A stretch of 64,000 bases of DNA. Source: Bilabrum cf. latius. Taxonomy: Eukaryota. The notes beneath the pieces were generated by a model. The model was not told the DNA's origin. It searched no databases and saw only the letters and a program-made list of their open reading frames with translations. The position numbers were made by a program, and so were the translations under genes. The stretch is taken from assembly GCA_965178125.1 (NCBI GenBank), contig OZ237762.1, positions 806,001-870,000 of the forward strand, given 5' to 3'. Shown here in pieces: positions 60,181-64,000 of the stretch (positions are counted from its first letter, which is position 1; every line of letters starts with the position of its first letter).

Positions 60181-62441
60181 ATGTCACAAGAACATAAAAC
60201 AAATCAACCAAGCCAAGAAGTGGTTGAGCTGTTGCAAAGGAACTTCTCAAGCAAGGAAGAGGACAAACTCGAACGGCAGCAAATAGACGTGAGCTGCCGT
60301 GACACCCCGGCAGCGACTAGACTGGTTTCGCGAATATAGCGATGTGGTACGATGTTTATCGTTTTATATCGCAGTAGCTGCGATCCTTGCGTGCATCCAC
60401 GCCAACCGGTGTTTGGCGATAGTGGGTTCGCGATGCAGTGTAGAGTCGAGAGTAGGCCAGCGGCATGAGGCAAACAGATGGATGGCCACAGCACAATGGT
60501 ACTGATACACAGTCGCCAGTGGCAGAGTAGCCTGCTACTTCACGAAAAGCACGTGGCGCCAGGTCGTTCGTTGGCCAGAGCCTATATGCTCAGCAGCAAC
60601 GTCTTGTGGCGTCTCCAGTGCGAAATCGCGACTCTACTTTGCCTTTCGTCCCGAGTCGGATCGACTAGTACCATGTATCAATGGGTATAGCTGCTCCTTC
60701 CAGGTCCCTTCATAGCCCGAAGCGCCCGAAAACGAGATGGCTAACGTCTTACGCAGCCAGCGTTGCTGAGGGCAGTTAGCAGTACCCTCCTTGTACACCG
60801 CTAGCCCATGGCTCCACTTTACCGTCTGGCCAAGACGAATCCAGTGAGTTAAGGCCTCTATAGTCTCAGAGAGATCTTGCGGCTGCTGGGTCTGCGTCGA
60901 CTGGAGACCCGTGGTTTGAAGCTGTCACCTTGCTAGAAGAAGCGCCTGAACCGGACCAGGCTCCGGCGCGCGCATCCACGCCTGATCACAAATAGGACGC
61001 CAAGGCGACACTTAGTCATGCATAGCCGTTGTTTAACGATTTGCCCGGCCTGTTGGCGGTGAGTACTGATGGCGCGCACAGTCAGGATGACGCGGAGGTG
61101 ATCGATGGCATTCGGCGGATCGGAGAGACTGCCCGACGGATCGGAGAGTCCATGGTGTATGCAGCACCTCTTGCGAGGTCTGGTGGTGCAACAGCAGAGT
61201 TTCTACCAAACATCTCTGCCTCAGGAGCAGGTGCGACGAGGCAACCTGATTGCGTGGCCGGCGATGCTGGCATGGTTGAGAGCCGTGGCGTTGGCGGCAA
61301 TGACAGCCCATTCCTGGTCGTGCAAGGGCCAGCAACCGCTGCACTTCGCATGTCACGCTCCTGCTCGGATCGAATCATGGCAGCAGGGCATCGCGAACGC
61401 CCGCCGCATTTCGATTCACTTTCTCCGCCTACGGGTGACTCGCTGTCCAGCAGAACCAAAGTGTCTAGCTTGAGTAGAGCAGCAGCGCTCAGCCGTGCGT
61501 AGGTTATAATTTCATCGACTCGCAGAGAGCTGCACAGTATTAAGGATAGGTTCACAAAAATGGTATCGGAGATGCAAGCAACCTTAGTGCGCTGCAAAGT
61601 TGCGCTTCCGACCCCGCCGGCACGAGTTGAGCTGGTGCACACCAGACTCCCCCATGTCCCGCAGTGGGTCCCGCCTTACATTTAGGAGTTGAACGAAGCG
61701 GAAGCAGGGGTATCTCACGGGGCAACTTTTGACAAGTGGATGAGCGGTCTACATTCCGCTGGCCCACTCGTTGTCTTACCTACTTGTTCACTGCTTGCAG
61801 CCAACGGCTTCAGTTCAGGTGCGGTACTTGGCAGGATTCTACTAGCTGCTGTAGATCGGCATGGGTCACTTGCTGTATCTGCGTCTCATTTCGGCCCATC
61901 GCGCATAGTTTCGCTAGCGGATCCCCCCGCCGGGGGAATCGGAGAGCGAATAGTAACAGATTCTGCTTCACTGCGTGGGTGCCTGTAGGCCATGCAGCGC
62001 TCTTTGCACCAGCTTCTCCCTGACCAGGCTGGTTGGGTGCTTTTAAAGCTGCATACTGTGTCTTCGGAGCGTGTCGGAAGTGCCCCTGGCTTTCCACCGC
62101 TTAGCCTGCTTGTCCCAGCCAGCCTTAGCTCGGTGGGTACCTGTGCCTGGGTACACGAGTGTCATATCCGAATCGCACGGTTTATTTCTGGTCAATGCAG
62201 TCAAATTGGCAGTTTGGAGGTTTAGCTGAGCCAGGTCTTCTCAGACCAGTCCCTGAAAAGAGGTTGCGGACCCAGAGTGACCATTTGCGTTACAGCAGAC
62301 ATTGAGTCTGGAATCTAGTATGAGATCGACTCGATGAGACTCTGGCTCCCGATGGTCGCTAGCTCATATGGACTGGTGAGTAAACCGCGTACAGCAAGGA
62401 GATCTGTCAGGCGAGGATCGGGGTTGCAGCGAATGACATGA
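60181..62441 (+). CDS. Telomere-adjacent hypothetical protein
   Basis: ATG 60181, intron 60289-60374, then one frame open with many TAGs through track ORFs 61029, 61689 and 61992 to TGA 62439. A further intron from the GTGAG near 62376 could move the end to ~62630. Confidence 0.6.
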
Positions 62442-62681
62442 TGCCTTGCACCAGACTACAGCATGTATCAGCGAAATAACATCAAGGCGGTCCTCTACTA
62501 GCTAGTTTCCCAGACTGTACCCGAGCTCGCTCCACTCCGACTATTTCGTTATCAATGCGCAATCATCCGCCGCGCTCGCATGCGACCTCTCAAACGGTTC
62601 ATATCCACCGCGTCCTCATCAAACTTGCTAATCTTCCCACATCCGCCGCACTTCCAGACGGCCATGCGAGCTAAACAAAGG

Positions 62682-63024
62682 TTAAGGGTTAGAATTAGGG
62701 TTAGGGTTAGGGTTAGGGTTAGGGTTAGAGTTAGGGTTAGGGTTAGGGTTAGGGTTAGGGTTAGGGTTAGGGTTAGGGTTAGGGTTAGGGTTAGGGTTAG
62801 GGTTAGGGTTAGGGTTAGGGTTAGGGTTAGGGTTAGGGTTAGGGTTAGGGTTAGGGTTAGGGTTAGGGTTAGGGTTAGGGTTAGGGTTAGGGTTAGGGTT
62901 AGGGTTAGGGTTAGGGTTAGGGTTAGGGTTAGGGTTAGGGTTAGGGTTAGGGTTAGGGTTAGGGTTAGGGTTAGGGTTAGGGTTAGGGTTAGGGTTAGGG
63001 TTAGGGTTAGGGTTAGGGTTAGGG
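62682..63024 (+). repeat. Telomeric (TTAGGG)n array, ~57 units, degenerate units on the proximal side
   Basis: Directly visible; variants TTAAGGG, TTAGAA and TTAGAG at the left edge only. Confidence 0.97.
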
Positions 63025-63086
63025 TATCTAATATAAAGTCAGGGACAGGGTCGAGGAAAAAATATTTTCATCTTCATTTTTTGCAT

Positions 63087-64000
63087 CAAAATACGGAATT
63101 GAGATCTCGGCAACCAGAGTAGATATGAAGATGATTCAAACTGCATTGGGTCGGTCCTGGGGCACAACATGGGGCAAAATTTTATTAGGATCCGTTTTTG
63201 TCGCGCGGCGCCGATATGGCCGGATGAAGAGTTTCGTGGACCAAAATACGGAATTGAGATCTCGGCAACCAGAGTAGATATGAAGATGATTCAAACTGCA
63301 TTGGGTCGGTCCTGGGGCACAACATGGGGCAAAATTTTATTAGGATCCGTTTTTGTCGCGCGGCGCCGATATGGCCGGATGAAGAGTTTCGTGGACCAAA
63401 ATACGGAATTGAGATCTCGGCAACCAGAGTAGATATGAAGATGATTCAAACTGCATTGGGTCGGTCCTGGGGCACAACATGGGGCAAAATTTTATTAGGA
63501 TCCGTTTTTGTCGCGCGGCGCCGATATGGCCGGATGAAGAGTTTCGTGGACCAAAATACGGAATTGAGATCTCGGCAACCAGAGTAGATATGAAGATGAT
63601 TCAAACTGCATTGGGTCGGTCCTGGGGCACAACATGGGGCAAAATTTTATTAGGATCCGTTTTTGTCGCGCGGCGCCGATATGGCCGGATGAAGAGTTTC
63701 GTGGACCAAAATACGGAATTGAGATCTCGGCAACCAGAGTAGATATGAAGATGATTCAAACTGCATTGGGTCGGTCCTGGGGCACAACATGGGGCAAAAT
63801 TTTATTAGGATCCGTTTTTGTCGCGCGGCGCCGATATGGCCGGATGAAGAGTTTCGTGGACCAAAATACGGAATTGAGATCTCGGCAACCAGAGTAGATA
63901 TGAAGATGATTCAAACTGCATTGGGTCGGTCCTGGGGCACAACATGGGGCAAAATTTTATTAGGATCCGTTTTTGTCGCGCGGCGCCGATATGGCCGGAT
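63087..64000. repeat. 155-bp tandem satellite, ~5.9 apparently identical copies, running off the window
   Basis: Unit starts CAAAATACGGAATTGAGATCTC at 63087, 63242, 63397 and so on; identical 87-aa ORFs recur every 155 nt in the track. Confidence 0.97.

Noticed and set aside
1-62441. Pyrrolysine, selenocysteine or programmed readthrough as the explanation
   Set aside because: TAG is too frequent, occurs in tandem and in varied contexts, and aligns with Gln; TGA behaves as a normal stop.
1-62441. Ciliate-type code (TAA and TAG both Gln)
   Set aside because: No exonic in-frame TAA seen; TAA occurs at gene ends and inside introns.
62580-63122. 180-aa poly-(Arg-Val) ORF
   Set aside because: It is a translation of the telomeric repeat.
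63087-64000. CRISPR array or repeated 87-aa genes
   Set aside because: Units are identical with no unique spacers; the ORFs are by-products of the 155-bp period.
1-64000. Suppressor tRNA-Gln(CUA), rRNA, transposon or viral genes
   Set aside because: None recognised by eye in this window; needs tRNAscan-SE/Rfam and a homology search.

Overview
Gene-dense eukaryotic nuclear DNA (protist-like; ~25 protein-coding genes, short GT-AG introns mostly ~85-130 nt, tiny head-to-head promoters), ending in a (TTAGGG)n array followed by a 155-bp tandem satellite. The main result is a non-standard nuclear genetic code: TAG is a sense codon, most likely glutamine, while TAA and TGA remain stops (the NCBI table-15 pattern). 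In-frame TAGs sit at conserved Gln positions of Arp2 (TI*KADID), glycosylasparaginase (C*PNFWRNV) and a GH3 glucosidase (LDPPGL*LQLL), and several multi-kb frames contain many TAGs but no TAA/TGA. The supplied ORF track is therefore fragmented, and the gene models below are re-joined by hand with TAG=Gln. Genes include a kelch protein, HRD1-like E3, FkbM methyltransferase, a stand-alone REV1-type BRCT protein with a (Gly-Ala)48 tract, OSCA/TMEM63-like channel, 5'-nucleotidase, Arp2, a T/K/L-type cyclin, GH3+WSC glycosidase, AGA, an OGC-like carrier, a cold-shock protein, a RING E3, DnaJ, TVP38/TMEM64, a TTL-EGF-TM protein and an SH3 protein. Family calls come from recalled motifs, not database searches; start codons and some introns are approximate.
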